Counted from the first letter of the stretch, positions 1 to 10,523 are shown. The stretch is 64,000 nt of DNA from Candidatus Heimdallarchaeota archaeon (GCA_020353515.1 CP070695.1:2358966-2422965); one strand, 5' to 3'. Made by a program: numbers and translations. The notes: generated by a model from the letters alone, not told the origin.

Positions 1-47
1 CCCACGAGCTGGATAGATTATATTCTATCTCGAATTAAATGAAGTGA

Positions 48-512
48 ATGTTAATGCCCTTTGCTAAAAAATTTGCAAAACACATGAAAATTCCAAAGGA
101 AGGAGATAAATTAAAAGATTTTACAGTAGAATCAGTTAAAGTAGAACACACTCCGATAGGAAGCGGAAGATATGAATATCCAACTGAAATAATAGTGATA
201 GGGAAAGGAGGAAAAAAAGGTGTCAAGGATACTTTTAGACAATTTTTTGATCAACGAATCACGTTATTTTCTGGTTATGGAAACCCGTATCAGTGTCAGG
301 GTGGACAGATGAAGATAGAGAGCTTGGGAGCAAATAAATACAGAATTAATGCGATTGGAAGTTGTGTAAGGATTTTTTTAAAGAGAGAACTCAATGAATT
401 TTTAGAGTATTTACTGAAAAATGATCATTTATCGGATGAAATTGATACAGCGGAAAGAGAGGTATTAATAGAAGATTACATGAAGATTTACCTTAAAAAG
501 ACGAAAAAATAA
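48..512 (+). CDS. Hypothetical protein
   Basis: 154-aa ORF with normal composition and no recognised motif; the start may be the ATG at 54. Confidence 0.7.
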   Translation: MLMPFAKKFAKHMKIPKEGDKLKDFTVESVKVEHTPIGSGRYEYPTEIIVIGKGGKKGVKDTFRQFFDQRITLFSGYGNPYQCQGGQMKIESLGANKYRINAIGSCVRIFLKRELNEFLEYLLKNDHLSDEIDTAEREVLIEDYMKIYLKKTKK

Positions 513-561
513 TACATATTTTGTTATGATCAAGTTACCTTAATGATACTAGTATCCCCAA

Positions 562-900
562 TCAAGCAGGTAATTTGAATTGAGATATTAGCTCAGTTAA
601 TGCATCATCTAACGCACTTAAGGATTTGCGGAGGTAGCATATGTTGAGTTGCTGTAGTTTGTTCTTGTGTTGATGCAGCAACCTCCTGACTACTTACGGA
701 GAACTCCTCGGCTTGGGAAGCGAAAGTTTGAAAGTTTTCAGAAATTTCTATTACAGATGTTCTAATATTTACTAAAGAGGTTTTAATTAAAGTAGCAATC
801 TCAATCAAGTTATTTTTTGTTTCCTCTGCTAACCAGCGAACATTATCAGCTACTACTGCAAATCCACGGCCATATTCTCCCGCACGAGCAGCCTCATTAT
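562..900 (-). pseudogene. Methyl-accepting chemotaxis protein signalling-domain remnant
   Basis: Reads [26 protein letters not shown] (MCP hairpin tip) in frame with ORF 605..808. There is an in-frame TAG just upstream and no start codon. The MCP-like tail [19 protein letters not shown] lies in a shifted frame ending at 562. Confidence 0.85.
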
Positions 901-937
901 ACTATCATGATTGTATTAATTAATTTCATTTAATCTT

Positions 938-1549
938 CTAGGTATTTAGTAAATTGGAAAACTCTTTTGCCCATTTACGGATCAATTCCCAATCTCTGAA
1001 ATCATTCATTTTATAATCATCTATAACTATCCCGCCTTCAACAGATTTAGCAAGTCGTTGGATAATCTTCTTTTCTAGAAATGAATAAGTAGAGTCAGAA
1101 GAGAAATCAAAAACCCCACCAAAAGCTTCTGTTATATCTGCTTTAACACCCGTCTTTCCCATCATCCTTTCAAGGTATTTCCTACGGGCTTCGGTATAAG
1201 TTTTAGGATTAGCTGCTTCTCCAGAGCTCACAAATAACCCTAAAACTTTACTATTAAGCTTATTCTGATTTTCTTTCAAAAATTTATATGATTCCTTCGT
1301 CCAACGGCCCATTTTAATACCAGAACCCACAATAATGCCATCAAAATCTTCTAGTGAGGGAGTTTTTACACCATCCCTTAGATTATGAACTTTAGTTAGG
1401 ATTTTGTGTCGCTCGAGTTCATCTGCGATCTCATGAGCAATTTCATCAGTACTTCCAAACCGACTTGCAAAAACGATTAACACTGATTTCAATTCTGTCA
1501 CCATCATCTTTGGAGAACCTTTTAGATGATAGTTTGGAATAGATATCAA
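938..1549 (-). CDS. Flavodoxin-domain protein (HemG/Flavodoxin_5-like)
   Basis: FASRFGSTDEIA FMN loop, FDGIIVGSGI, C-terminal DFRDWELIRKWA; the true start is probably MMVTELK. Confidence 0.85.
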   Translation of the reverse strand: MISIPNYHLKGSPKMMVTELKSVLIVFASRFGSTDEIAHEIADELERHKILTKVHNLRDGVKTPSLEDFDGIIVGSGIKMGRWTKESYKFLKENQNKLNSKVLGLFVSSGEAANPKTYTEARRKYLERMMGKTGVKADITEAFGGVFDFSSDSTYSFLEKKIIQRLAKSVEGGIVIDDYKMNDFRDWELIRKWAKEFSNLLNT

Positions 1550-1595
1550 TGAATCTTGTTCTACGAATTTAGCACAAGCAAGTGAATCCGCTCAA

Positions 1596-2117
1596 TTAAA
1601 GTTCTTCATTGTTAAAATAGATACGACAGCCTTTTTCTTTCAATTTAATGATTTCATCGGGGATTGAATCAGTTTCTTTACTTGCTATTGATAGTTCCTT
1701 CAAATTAGTTAAATCTCCAATCTCTTTAGGAACATCAAGTAAATTATCTTCCAATAAATAGAAATAAATCAAATCCTTAAGGTTTTTGATTGATCTTGGA
1801 AGAAGCTTGATCTTATTTCCTCCAATATAAAGTACCCTTAAGGAGGACAAAGTCCCAATCTCTTCAGGTATTTCGATTAATCCATTATTAACCAAATTCA
1901 GGACTTCTAAATTTTTAAAATTCCAGAGCTCTTTTGGGATGTAATCCATATTTTGCGAATAAAAGCCTAATCCATGAATACAATTATTTTGAATAAAGAC
2001 CCCAAGATCATTCCACTTGATTTGCTTAGTAAACACTGGAAATTGAATGTTTAGAGCCCTCTCTATTGCTTCTAAACGTGCTACTTCGGAACCATCATCT
2101 TTTTTTTCCCAGTTCAT
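1596..2117 (-). CDS. Leucine-rich repeat protein
   Basis: Tandem LxxLxLxxNxLxxIPxxIxxL units (NLEVLNLVNNGLIEIPEEIGTL, SLRVLYIGGNKIKLLPRSIKNL). Confidence 0.9.
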   Translation of the reverse strand: MNWEKKDDGSEVARLEAIERALNIQFPVFTKQIKWNDLGVFIQNNCIHGLGFYSQNMDYIPKELWNFKNLEVLNLVNNGLIEIPEEIGTLSSLRVLYIGGNKIKLLPRSIKNLKDLIYFYLLEDNLLDVPKEIGDLTNLKELSIASKETDSIPDEIIKLKEKGCRIYFNNEEL

Positions 2118-2126
2118 ATAATCACC

Positions 2127-3416
2127 CTATTTCTGATTTTTAAGCACAAGAATGCGATCAAATTTCTTTCTTTTAGATTGACTTACCACTTTATTTAAAG
2201 GAATTTCATCGTTAACTGTAATTAGTTCTTTGAAACCAAGCTCTTCTTGAAAGACGTTAGAAACTTCCTTGGCTGTGTTTATAGAATATTTAGCTCGATG
2301 AACATCACCAAGGACAAAGATAATCAATGATTCATCCTTTAAAACTCGCTTTAACTCCTTTCCAACCTTGACCATATCCTCCAAGTAGTTTTTACTATCT
2401 TGGATTAACTCTTGTCTAAGGTTATCTTGTTTTTCTTTGTTTAAGCCACAAAAATATAATCTCACCCTGTTTTGACCAACATAGTCAAGTGTATTATAAT
2501 AGGGGGGGCTGCAAATCACTACATCGATCGAATTGTCAGCTAACTCTAAATGACGGGCGTCTCCAAGCAAAACTTTAGCGTTTGTCTCTAATGGGAATCC
2601 TGTTGAATACATTCGCATGATTTTCGCAGCCATACGTGGAATAACAGCTCTATATTCTGGTTTATCTTTATCAGGACGATAATTAGGGTGTGTGGCTGAG
2701 CGTGGAGTCATGGGTATTATACAGCCTGTCCAGACGGAAAGGTAACCAGGACGATTCCCATGTAAGACCCCCATCAAACAACCAAGAAGAAACCATTCAT
2801 TTTCCTCAGAAAGCTTCCTATTTAGATATACAATCTCTTTAAGAGTTTCATGATGAAAATATGCTTGAATCCAAGTAGGAATGTCAGTAATATCTATCTT
2901 GGAGACATCAATATGCTCAATATTAGTAAGATAATTTAGGTAATAATCGCATGGCTTTCGTTCGAATTTACCTTTTGCTACCATATAACCGTAAATATTT
3001 AAATCAATGCCTACAGCTCTTCGCTGTAAAAAATCAGCTTCTAGTGAAACAGTTCCAACTCCCATAAACGGATCTAATACAAGATCTCCCTTTTTTGAAA
3101 ATATTTTGACTAGCCAATGTGCTAATGAAGGAGTCATTCTACCTTGGTAGGGTGACAAACTATGTAACCAGTTACCCCAGTGTTGTTTATCATAAGGTTC
3201 ATTACGCCAACCAACGGTTTTTAAGAGCTTAATTGTATTTCTTTCGATCCTAGGACAATTATCAGAGTAGAATTCATCAGTGTATTGTTTGGAATCAAAT
3301 TTCTTGTTAAATTCCAGTGTGAAAGACTTTTTTAACTTTCCTCTGAGAAGATCTGTCCAAATCCTTTGATACCGAGGATAGGGTTCTTTTTCAATAAAGG
3401 AATCTATTGCCATCAA
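2127..3416 (-). CDS. DNA methyltransferase, amino type (probably N4-cytosine, alpha motif order)
   Basis: SAM-binding VLDPFMGVGT precedes catalytic SPPYY. Confidence 0.85.
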   Translation of the reverse strand: MMAIDSFIEKEPYPRYQRIWTDLLRGKLKKSFTLEFNKKFDSKQYTDEFYSDNCPRIERNTIKLLKTVGWRNEPYDKQHWGNWLHSLSPYQGRMTPSLAHWLVKIFSKKGDLVLDPFMGVGTVSLEADFLQRRAVGIDLNIYGYMVAKGKFERKPCDYYLNYLTNIEHIDVSKIDITDIPTWIQAYFHHETLKEIVYLNRKLSEENEWFLLGCLMGVLHGNRPGYLSVWTGCIIPMTPRSATHPNYRPDKDKPEYRAVIPRMAAKIMRMYSTGFPLETNAKVLLGDARHLELADNSIDVVICSPPYYNTLDYVGQNRVRLYFCGLNKEKQDNLRQELIQDSKNYLEDMVKVGKELKRVLKDESLIIFVLGDVHRAKYSINTAKEVSNVFQEELGFKELITVNDEIPLNKVVSQSKRKKFDRILVLKNQK

Positions 3417-3475
3417 GGTCTCCTGACTTTTTTCAATCTCTTACTTTTATTTAAAGGTAAGTAATCCCTCTATTC

Positions 3476-3985
3476 TTAAGCATGAAGTTGTTTAATGGGT
3501 TTGATAACGCGTTGGAATAATTGATCTAGCTCTTCTTCGTCTATTCCAGCAATTTTTGCCAAAGTGGAAGTGGAGGGAAGCGACCATTTACTTTCAGCCT
3601 CAGCGAGAACAACACCATCTTTAGATGTAATTCTAGAACGTACTATCGCATTTTTCTCGTCGGAACTGACAATTTCCCCTTCAACGTAAATAATTGTGTT
3701 TACTTGAACTGGATTCAGATATTTAGTAGTGATTTCACGGGTGATCCCAACACGGAAAAGATGGGACATGATAGACCAAGCTGCTACTTCATCCAGCATG
3801 CTAGCTATGATTCCCCCATGAACCCACTGATCAAATCCACAGAAATAACTAGATACGGTATATTCAGCATAACATCCTTTTTTAGAAAGATAAAAACGAA
3901 GTTGTAACCCGTGTTCATTCGTGGGGGAACATCCAAAGCAGTTGAATTCCCAAGAATTAGGGATCTCTTTTTTTTGTTCTTCCAT
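3476..3985 (-). CDS. PaaI/hotdog-fold thioesterase
   Basis: CFGCSPTNEHGLQLRF and VHGGIIASMLDE. Confidence 0.9.
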   Translation of the reverse strand: MEEQKKEIPNSWEFNCFGCSPTNEHGLQLRFYLSKKGCYAEYTVSSYFCGFDQWVHGGIIASMLDEVAAWSIMSHLFRVGITREITTKYLNPVQVNTIIYVEGEIVSSDEKNAIVRSRITSKDGVVLAEAESKWSLPSTSTLAKIAGIDEEELDQLFQRVIKPIKQLHA

Positions 3986-4004
3986 GTTAAAAACACATCG
4001 AATC

Positions 4005-4730
4005 TTAATTAACTCCAGGTAGAATTAATATGTGATCTATGTTGCTTGTTTCAGTTTGGTCAATAATTACCCTAGCTACTTTTGCTACATCTTCCGCAGT
4101 TAACATTTTAGCATGATCAACTTTCTTTCCATCAAACCATGGTGTTGAAACTGACCCTGGATTTATTGTTGCTGCTTTTACTAAAGTTCCCTTGAGCTCT
4201 TCCCGTAATGAGTTCACCATAGCTTGAACAGCATGTTTAGTGGCAGCATAGATGCTTGCTCGTCCAGCTGTATTCAGACCTAAATTTGAAGAAGTGACAA
4301 CGATTTGACCAGAATTCTGTTGTTTCATAATTGGCAAAACCTTTCTTAACCATAAAAATACGCCACGTACATTAGTTTTAAACTGTTCATCAAATTGAAG
4401 AACAGTCATTTCTTCCAGTAAGCCAAAATATCCGACTCCAGCATTCGCCACGAGAATATCTACTCCCTTCAATAGTTTAAATGCTTCACTAAACAATGTT
4501 TCGACCTCATCTACGTCACCCACATCACCAACACCAAAGAAGGCTTCTCCCCCCATATTATTAATAGTATCAGCTACAGATTGTAATTTTTCTTTATTAC
4601 GTCCAGTTAAGAAGAATGAATGTTTACTTCGAGCCATTTCTAAAGCGATAGCTCTTCCAATACCACTGGAACCACCAGTTATAATGAACCGTAAAGTTTT
4701 ATGTGAATTTTTGGTTTCAATCATTATCAA
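4005..4730 (-). CDS. Short-chain dehydrogenase/reductase
   Basis: TGGSSGIG, NAG, YAATK. Confidence 0.95.
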   Translation of the reverse strand: MIMIETKNSHKTLRFIITGGSSGIGRAIALEMARSKHSFFLTGRNKEKLQSVADTINNMGGEAFFGVGDVGDVDEVETLFSEAFKLLKGVDILVANAGVGYFGLLEEMTVLQFDEQFKTNVRGVFLWLRKVLPIMKQQNSGQIVVTSSNLGLNTAGRASIYAATKHAVQAMVNSLREELKGTLVKAATINPGSVSTPWFDGKKVDHAKMLTAEDVAKVARVIIDQTETSNIDHILILPGVN

Positions 4731-5316
4731 GACTCCGTAAGACTTTGTATGATTTTTGTAAACCTTTTACTACAAATGGTAGACCTATAAGAAAAGCGAG
4801 AAGGACATCAATGGTTGAAATAAGAGCACCTTCTTGGTCGTATGTTAAATCATAATCAAATTTTTCAATAAGAAACCCAAGTGAGAAATTAGAAATCTGA
4901 GGCGGTATTGACTGAACAATCACAATATCAAAATTCAATTGATAACCCCGAGTATCAAGAGGATAAAATAACGGTACTTGCCCTTCTAGATCCAATATTG
5001 GGTGAGTTAAAAAAGCAATGGATGCAAAAAGCAAGTAGCTAAGGATATTAGGGTATCTTGACTTAATATCTGGGTTTGAATTTATATAGTACCAAGCAAC
5101 GAGATTTAAGAATAATAAGAAAAGTCCAGATACCAGTAACGAATGGAATGGAAATCGTGTTCCTGTCAGCGCCTTATCAATGAGGTCGGGCAGAACTGCA
5201 GTGAGAGAAAGAAGTATAATATATTCCAATGGCAGTTTAAAATCCTGAAATCGATTTAGGACCAATAAAACCAAGGAAGCACCCATTACATGGAAAAAAA
5301 TGGTTGTCATTTTCAT
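4717..5316 (-). CDS. Membrane-bound metal-dependent hydrolase (YdjM-like)
   Basis: N-terminal His, LPDLID, FHSL and THPILD motifs with TM segments; overlaps the SDR gene. Confidence 0.75.
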   Translation of the reverse strand: MKMTTIFFHVMGASLVLLVLNRFQDFKLPLEYIILLSLTAVLPDLIDKALTGTRFPFHSLLVSGLFLLFLNLVAWYYINSNPDIKSRYPNILSYLLFASIAFLTHPILDLEGQVPLFYPLDTRGYQLNFDIVIVQSIPPQISNFSLGFLIEKFDYDLTYDQEGALISTIDVLLAFLIGLPFVVKGLQKSYKVLRSLDND

Positions 5317-5346
5317 GTTATTTGCTAATTTCCTGGTTATAAAAAT

Positions 5347-5832
5347 CTAATCATGAACTAACCAAGCCAGCATTGCATTATTTCGTTTTTCTCGTTCCAC
5401 TTGAATTATATTACAATTAAGCTTCTCTAGTACATCAATAAGTCCTTCTATGGACTGAAAATATCGTTTAGACAGATTCATAAAGGATTCAGAATAATGA
5501 GTCAGATCTAAAGTTTTGACTTGTGCTTTTATCATTTTCTTCAAGAAGCTTATTCTTTCCATTTTTAAAGCCTCATCGTAATAGGGGATTTTATCTAGCG
5601 GATTTAGAAGACCAAATTTAGCTGACACAATTATTAAATCAATATGTTGGGGCCATAAGCTATTGGAAATGATTGATTTTAAGATAAGGAAAACTTCCCC
5701 AGAATAGCGAAGGATAGCTGGGATATCTTTAGCCTCGGGATCTTTTGTAGCAGAACAAGAAACAATTAGTAATTTGCGAGCTTTCCCCAATGAAGTAGTA
5801 CAAAGAAGAGCTTCAAGATGACTAGTTCTCAA
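5347..5832 (-). CDS. DUF6884/YaaA-like domain protein
   Basis: IVSCSATK...LRYSG...IVSAKFGLL...IPYYD pattern; start uncertain. Confidence 0.7.
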   Translation of the reverse strand: MRTSHLEALLCTTSLGKARKLLIVSCSATKDPEAKDIPAILRYSGEVFLILKSIISNSLWPQHIDLIIVSAKFGLLNPLDKIPYYDEALKMERISFLKKMIKAQVKTLDLTHYSESFMNLSKRYFQSIEGLIDVLEKLNCNIIQVEREKRNNAMLAWLVHD

Positions 5833-5894
5833 AATATGGTTTTGCTGTTCCCCGACTTGTTTAAGTAGTTCAAAATGTGGTCTGATTGATGTCC

Positions 5895-6192
5895 CTACAG
5901 GTGATTATACTTTTTTCTATTGTCTTTGAGTTTAGTGAAATTCCCAGTTATAGAGTTTTCCCCTAAATACTCTAAAAAATAATTTAAGATCTTTGACGAA
6001 ATGTTGTCTAAACCTATTAGTACCTCTGCTTCTTTATTTTGACCGATGAAAAAATGTTCTACTCCATGGTAAAGTTGAGAAGGGAGCTTTATTCTATGGG
6101 AATTATTTTCTACGCCTATTATGACTCTGGATGGCAACTTTTTCTTAGGATCCCAATCTAGTTTTACAATCCTTCCTGGGTTTCCTTTTCAT
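5895..6192 (-). pseudogene. Small hypothetical gene with an apparent frameshift after the start codon
   Basis: The ATG at 6192 joins ORF 5895..6137 (GNPGRIVKLDWDPKKKLPSRV...) if one A is removed from ATGAAAAGGA. Confidence 0.35.
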
Positions 6193-6671
6193 ATCCCTTT
6201 CCTTGAATTCAATTGATTTTTGAAACCAAAAGAACAATATGAGATCATTTTACGTAAAAAAAGTTAAAAGAAAAATATCAAAGATTTTCCTTGCAGGTTT
6301 TTGACTGTAAGAAAAGATACAGTGGTTGGTATGTTCTTGGACTGGCGGTAACGCAGAACGATGACATTTTTCTTCACTTGACGTTGATTCTGATCCAAGC
6401 TTTCGGTAAATATATCGCTTTTTTGATTATTTATAGCCAAGAACATCACTACATCAAAAACTTCTTTTTTAGTTGTTGTGCTGCAACATTCTTTCTTTCT
6501 TCTTTTTTTATTTCTTGGCGCTGGTGGCATTGTCTCTAAGGTTTCTTAACAAGAAATAATTGTGAATATTTCATTTGAGAATCCTATACAACTGTTAAAT
6601 GCCTCCTCACTCTCTCTTTTCTGATGTCATGACCTGTTGACGGAAAAAAATACACAAATGAGAGATAAATA

Positions 6672-7973
6672 ATGCGAAAACGATTTGAATTAGACGAAAA
6701 TGAACTACCAAAAAAGTGGTGTAACATCCTCCCAGAATTACCTAAACCATTGCCACCGCCTCTTTCACCAGCTACAAATGAACCACTGAATCCCAAGGAT
6801 TTGGAAGCACTCTTTCCAAAGGAGCTAATCAATCAAGAAATTTCTAAAGAACCTGATATTGCCATTCCAAACGAAATCAGAGAAAAATTACAAAGAATAC
6901 GGCCTTCACCTTTGATCAGAGCTCAAAGCCTGGAAGAATTTCTCAAAACAAAAGTTCGAATATATTACAAATACGAAGGAGAAAGGTCTCCTACAGGGTC
7001 ACACAAAGTGAACACTGCTATCGCCCAAGCATTCTACAACACTAAGGAAGGAACTAGATCCCTAACCACTGAAACTGGAGCAGGCCAATGGGGAAGTGCA
7101 TTGGCTTATGCCTCCCACTTATTTGATCTTAACTGTAAGGTCATGATGGTCAAAGCGAGTTATGATCAAAAACCCCATCGAAGAACAATCATGGAATTAT
7201 ATGGAGCAGAAGTCCACCCATCCCCCTCATTGATAACAGATTTCGGTAAACAGTTGCTAAAATTAGATCCCCAACACCCTGGCAGTTTAGGAATTGCGAT
7301 CAGTGAAGCTATTTTATTAGCTCTCAAGGAAGAACAAACCAAGTACTCCTTGGGTTCTGTACTAAACCATGTATTACTCCACCAGACAATCATCGGTCTG
7401 GAGGCTATCAAACAATTTCAAATGGCCGAAAGCCAGAAATTTGGACCAGATTTTGTAGTAGGATGTGTTGGAGGCGGATCAAATTTTGCAGGTCTAGCTT
7501 ATCCATTTATCCGTGAAAAGATTCGAAATGGGTATGAAATGCAAGCTATCGCTGCTGAATCCACCGCTGCATCGAAAATGTCTGATGGAGATTATCGTTA
7601 TGACTTTGGTGATACCGCTAATATGACTCCATTGTTAAAAATGCACACTTTAGGGTCTGACTATATACCACCACCCATTCATGCAGGTGGATTAAGATAT
7701 CATGGTGTTGCCCCTAGTTTATCAGTTTTAATCGACACTGGTTTTGTAACCCCACTGAAATTCGAGCAACAAAAAGCATTTGAAGCAGCAGAAATCTTTG
7801 CAAAGAGTGAAGGAATCATCCCCGCTCCTGAATCTTCACATGCAATAGCGGCTGTGATAGATATTGCAAAAGAGTATAGGAATGATGAGCAAACAGTTCT
7901 CTTCAATCTTTCTGGTCATGGACTACTTGATCTACTAGGATACCAGAAATACATTGCAAGAGAATTAGAATAA
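6672..7973 (+). CDS. trpB2: Stand-alone tryptophan synthase beta chain 2 (TrpB2, PLP enzyme)
   Basis: SPTGSHKVNTA (PLP Lys), TETGAGQWG, GCVGGGSN, IHAGGLRYHG, PAPESSHA, NLSGHG. Confidence 0.95.
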   Translation: MRKRFELDENELPKKWCNILPELPKPLPPPLSPATNEPLNPKDLEALFPKELINQEISKEPDIAIPNEIREKLQRIRPSPLIRAQSLEEFLKTKVRIYYKYEGERSPTGSHKVNTAIAQAFYNTKEGTRSLTTETGAGQWGSALAYASHLFDLNCKVMMVKASYDQKPHRRTIMELYGAEVHPSPSLITDFGKQLLKLDPQHPGSLGIAISEAILLALKEEQTKYSLGSVLNHVLLHQTIIGLEAIKQFQMAESQKFGPDFVVGCVGGGSNFAGLAYPFIREKIRNGYEMQAIAAESTAASKMSDGDYRYDFGDTANMTPLLKMHTLGSDYIPPPIHAGGLRYHGVAPSLSVLIDTGFVTPLKFEQQKAFEAAEIFAKSEGIIPAPESSHAIAAVIDIAKEYRNDEQTVLFNLSGHGLLDLLGYQKYIARELE

Positions 7974-7976
7974 ATC

Positions 7977-8030
7977 CTCTCTTCTTTTTTTTTATTTTTA
8001 ACCTGTGTTTAGAAAAAAAAAGAGAAGGAG
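7977..8030. terminator. Bidirectional oligo-T terminator region between convergent genes
   Basis: CTCTCTTC-T9 on + and A9-GAGAAGGAG (a T-tract on -) form an imperfect inverted repeat. Confidence 0.55.
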
Positions 8031-8044
8031 TAGTTGATATATCC

Positions 8045-9007
8045 TTAGTTTTCTGTAGTGTTTAGAGCAGTTTCGATGAGCACAGGTGTGTCAGCACCGA
8101 TTATTAACAGTGAGTCATCATGTTCCTGAATAGCCATGATCCATAACAATGCTAATAACTCGGAAGAAGATAGATTCAATTGTTGGCCCATTGCGTAATA
8201 AGCCAATCGTTCTGCTGTTAGAGTAATATTTAAAGCCTCTGCTTGAGCCTCCATGTTGATCAAGTACGCCTCCGCATCAGCTTCAGCCAAGACAACCGTA
8301 ATATTTGCCTCTGCTTGAGCCTCAATAATCTGGGTTTGTGCACGTATAATAGCTGCTTCCTGTTCATAAAGTGCGATTTGGTATTGTTGTTGTGCAATTT
8401 GTACTTGTTTCAGTGCCTCTTCAAACTCATCAGGAAGATCAATTTCTCGGAGTTGGAAGTAGACAACGTCTGCGTACATTGCATCAATGTCCTGAATAAG
8501 ATACTCAAACATTATATCTCCTATGAAAGTTCTGTTATTAAAAAACTCAATTGCGTTATAGAAACTTGCGACATCTCGTAAGGTAGTTCTTGATTGTGAG
8601 ACGAAATAATTCTCATAATCAAGTGCAAACGTTCCGTACAAGTGAATAAGATCATTTTTTCTTAATTTATACTGAAATGATAATTGAATGTGGATTAAGA
8701 GACCATCCTTAGTCCGTGAGTCGAGACGGTACGATTCGTAGAACTCAATTGGCTGGACTGTGGTAGGGAATTTGATAAAGCGGTTTAGGGGACCTATGTG
8801 ATAAAATCCTTTTTCGTAAACTTTATTCTCAATTTCCTGAGTGAGACCATTTTGATTTAATGCATACTGGTTGTAGCCTACAGAATCAAATGCTAAGATG
8901 AAATATACAATAAAGACACTGGTAACTACTATTGCACATACGAATATCCCTCCTAGAATTTTCTTCCTTCTATCTAATGTACTAAAAGTATTATTTTTTG
9001 CATTCAT
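8045..9007 (-). CDS. SPFH/Band-7/prohibitin family membrane protein
   Basis: N-terminal TM, SRTKDGLLIHIQLSFQY, LREIDLPDEFEEAL and an AQAEA-rich coiled coil. Confidence 0.9.
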   Translation of the reverse strand: MNAKNNTFSTLDRRKKILGGIFVCAIVVTSVFIVYFILAFDSVGYNQYALNQNGLTQEIENKVYEKGFYHIGPLNRFIKFPTTVQPIEFYESYRLDSRTKDGLLIHIQLSFQYKLRKNDLIHLYGTFALDYENYFVSQSRTTLRDVASFYNAIEFFNNRTFIGDIMFEYLIQDIDAMYADVVYFQLREIDLPDEFEEALKQVQIAQQQYQIALYEQEAAIIRAQTQIIEAQAEANITVVLAEADAEAYLINMEAQAEALNITLTAERLAYYAMGQQLNLSSSELLALLWIMAIQEHDDSLLIIGADTPVLIETALNTTEN

Positions 9008-9093
9008 TTCTCTCTGATTAGTTTAGAGCATAAATATTATTATAAAGATATACATTCCAGAATCCGAAGGTTTATAATGGTCTGTATGAGCGA

Positions 9094-9831
9094 TTAACTA
9101 GCTTTTATTGAGAATTCATGGGCCCGTCCCCTCCTTCCCACTTGATTCAGGACTCCGAGACGACAGAGACTATAAGTTATAATGCCTGGAATTCTCTGTA
9201 TTCTTCCCCTTTTTCCCTTAATTCCCATTTTTTCTGCTAAATCAGTATTTGTAAATGCATCTGGCAATCCTTTAGGTAGTATACCAATGAAATCAGATTT
9301 TGTTTGAAATTTCATAATTTTTTCTATACAAATTAGATCTCTTTGGATAGTCTTGTATCTTCTCCTCATACTCCTCCCATAATAACCAGTAAACTCTTTC
9401 AACACATGTTCTTTAGTGAACACAACATGAAATTCCATTCTTTGAGGTTTAAACTCTACTTTAAAATGAACTAACTTCTCAAACAAAGAATAAAGATTTC
9501 CTTGTTTGCTATAATGACTAACACCTACAATTTTCCCCTGGTTCATTCGAGTTACTTTTTGTGTTAGTACTATAGGATGCACGATTATTATTTTCATCTC
9601 AGTAAATTCTAATAGATCTCTAATTTTATCTGAGAATATACTTCCAAAATTTGTAAGCTGGATTTCGTAGATAATGGTTTTTGATTGGTTAAGAACATCT
9701 ATTCGATATTTTTTCCCTTTAATATCTACAAGTGCTTCTTCTGTCCCTCCAACTTCCGATAAATAGTGCTCTTTGAGCTTTTTATGGATTAATGTTTGAT
9801 TTCCTGAATATGATCCGGCGCTGAGAACCAC
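9094..9831 (-). CDS. PD-(D/E)xK nuclease-fold hypothetical protein
   Basis: HKKLKEHY...E...RIDVL...IYEIQ pattern, with a probable C-terminal winged helix. Confidence 0.6.
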   Translation of the reverse strand: MVLSAGSYSGNQTLIHKKLKEHYLSEVGGTEEALVDIKGKKYRIDVLNQSKTIIYEIQLTNFGSIFSDKIRDLLEFTEMKIIIVHPIVLTQKVTRMNQGKIVGVSHYSKQGNLYSLFEKLVHFKVEFKPQRMEFHVVFTKEHVLKEFTGYYGRSMRRRYKTIQRDLICIEKIMKFQTKSDFIGILPKGLPDAFTNTDLAEKMGIKGKRGRIQRIPGIITYSLCRLGVLNQVGRRGRAHEFSIKAS

Positions 9832-9950
9832 TTATGCTCACTTTTTTATTCATTTACCATCAATATCGGTAAGAGATTGAAAAAGGTATATATTATGACT
9901 GGCATGTATTCGAAGATTTTCAAATCAAGATTCAATAGTGAAACAACATA

Positions 9951-10523
9951 ATGTCTGATCGAAATTTGGGAATGTATATATGGATTGTATATGTCCTTTT
10001 ATTGATTGGAATCGTTATTACTTCATTTATATTAACGAAATACGAAAAGTTTGAACGTAAGATTATTAGAACTGGGTTTGTATTTGCAGGGGCTTTTATT
10101 GGGATTATCTCCTTTTTCCTTGTTTTTATAGAGCAACCACGCTTTGGAAATGTCATTCTCAACAATATAGTGGGTATACCAATTTTCTTCAGTGGTATCA
10201 TTGGTAGAATTTATGCTGCGTTTTATCTTAGATCAAAAGGGACAACGATAGCTCTAGATACAGTTTCTTCTGTAATTAAATTCGGCCCTTATCGATGGGT
10301 AAGGCATCCTCAATATGTAACGGGAATCATAAGCATTATTGGATGGTTTATGATATGGGGAGCAAGTTATTGTTTATTGATTCTTCCACTTTTAGCTCTG
10401 ATAGTCATACTTCAGGCTTTTATAGAGGAGAAATTCATCCTGGAGAAAGAGTTTGATATAGAATACTCTGATTACCAAAAGCAAGTAGGAATGTTTTTTC
10501 CAAAGATAAAACGCGTCTTTTAA
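9951..10523 (+). CDS. Isoprenylcysteine carboxyl methyltransferase / PEMT family membrane protein
   Basis: GPYRWVRHPQY and EE...F..EY..Y...V..FFP. Confidence 0.9.
   Translation: MSDRNLGMYIWIVYVLLLIGIVITSFILTKYEKFERKIIRTGFVFAGAFIGIISFFLVFIEQPRFGNVILNNIVGIPIFFSGIIGRIYAAFYLRSKGTTIALDTVSSVIKFGPYRWVRHPQYVTGIISIIGWFMIWGASYCLLILPLLALIVILQAFIEEKFILEKEFDIEYSDYQKQVGMFFPKIKRVF

Noticed and set aside
6264-6539. Overlapping opposite-strand ORFs upstream of trpB2, or an attenuator
   Set aside because: I cannot tell which, if either, is real, and there is no convincing leader peptide-terminator arrangement
9094-9831. Nuclease-fold gene as the cognate restriction enzyme of the MTase
   Set aside because: It is about 6 kb away with unrelated genes in between
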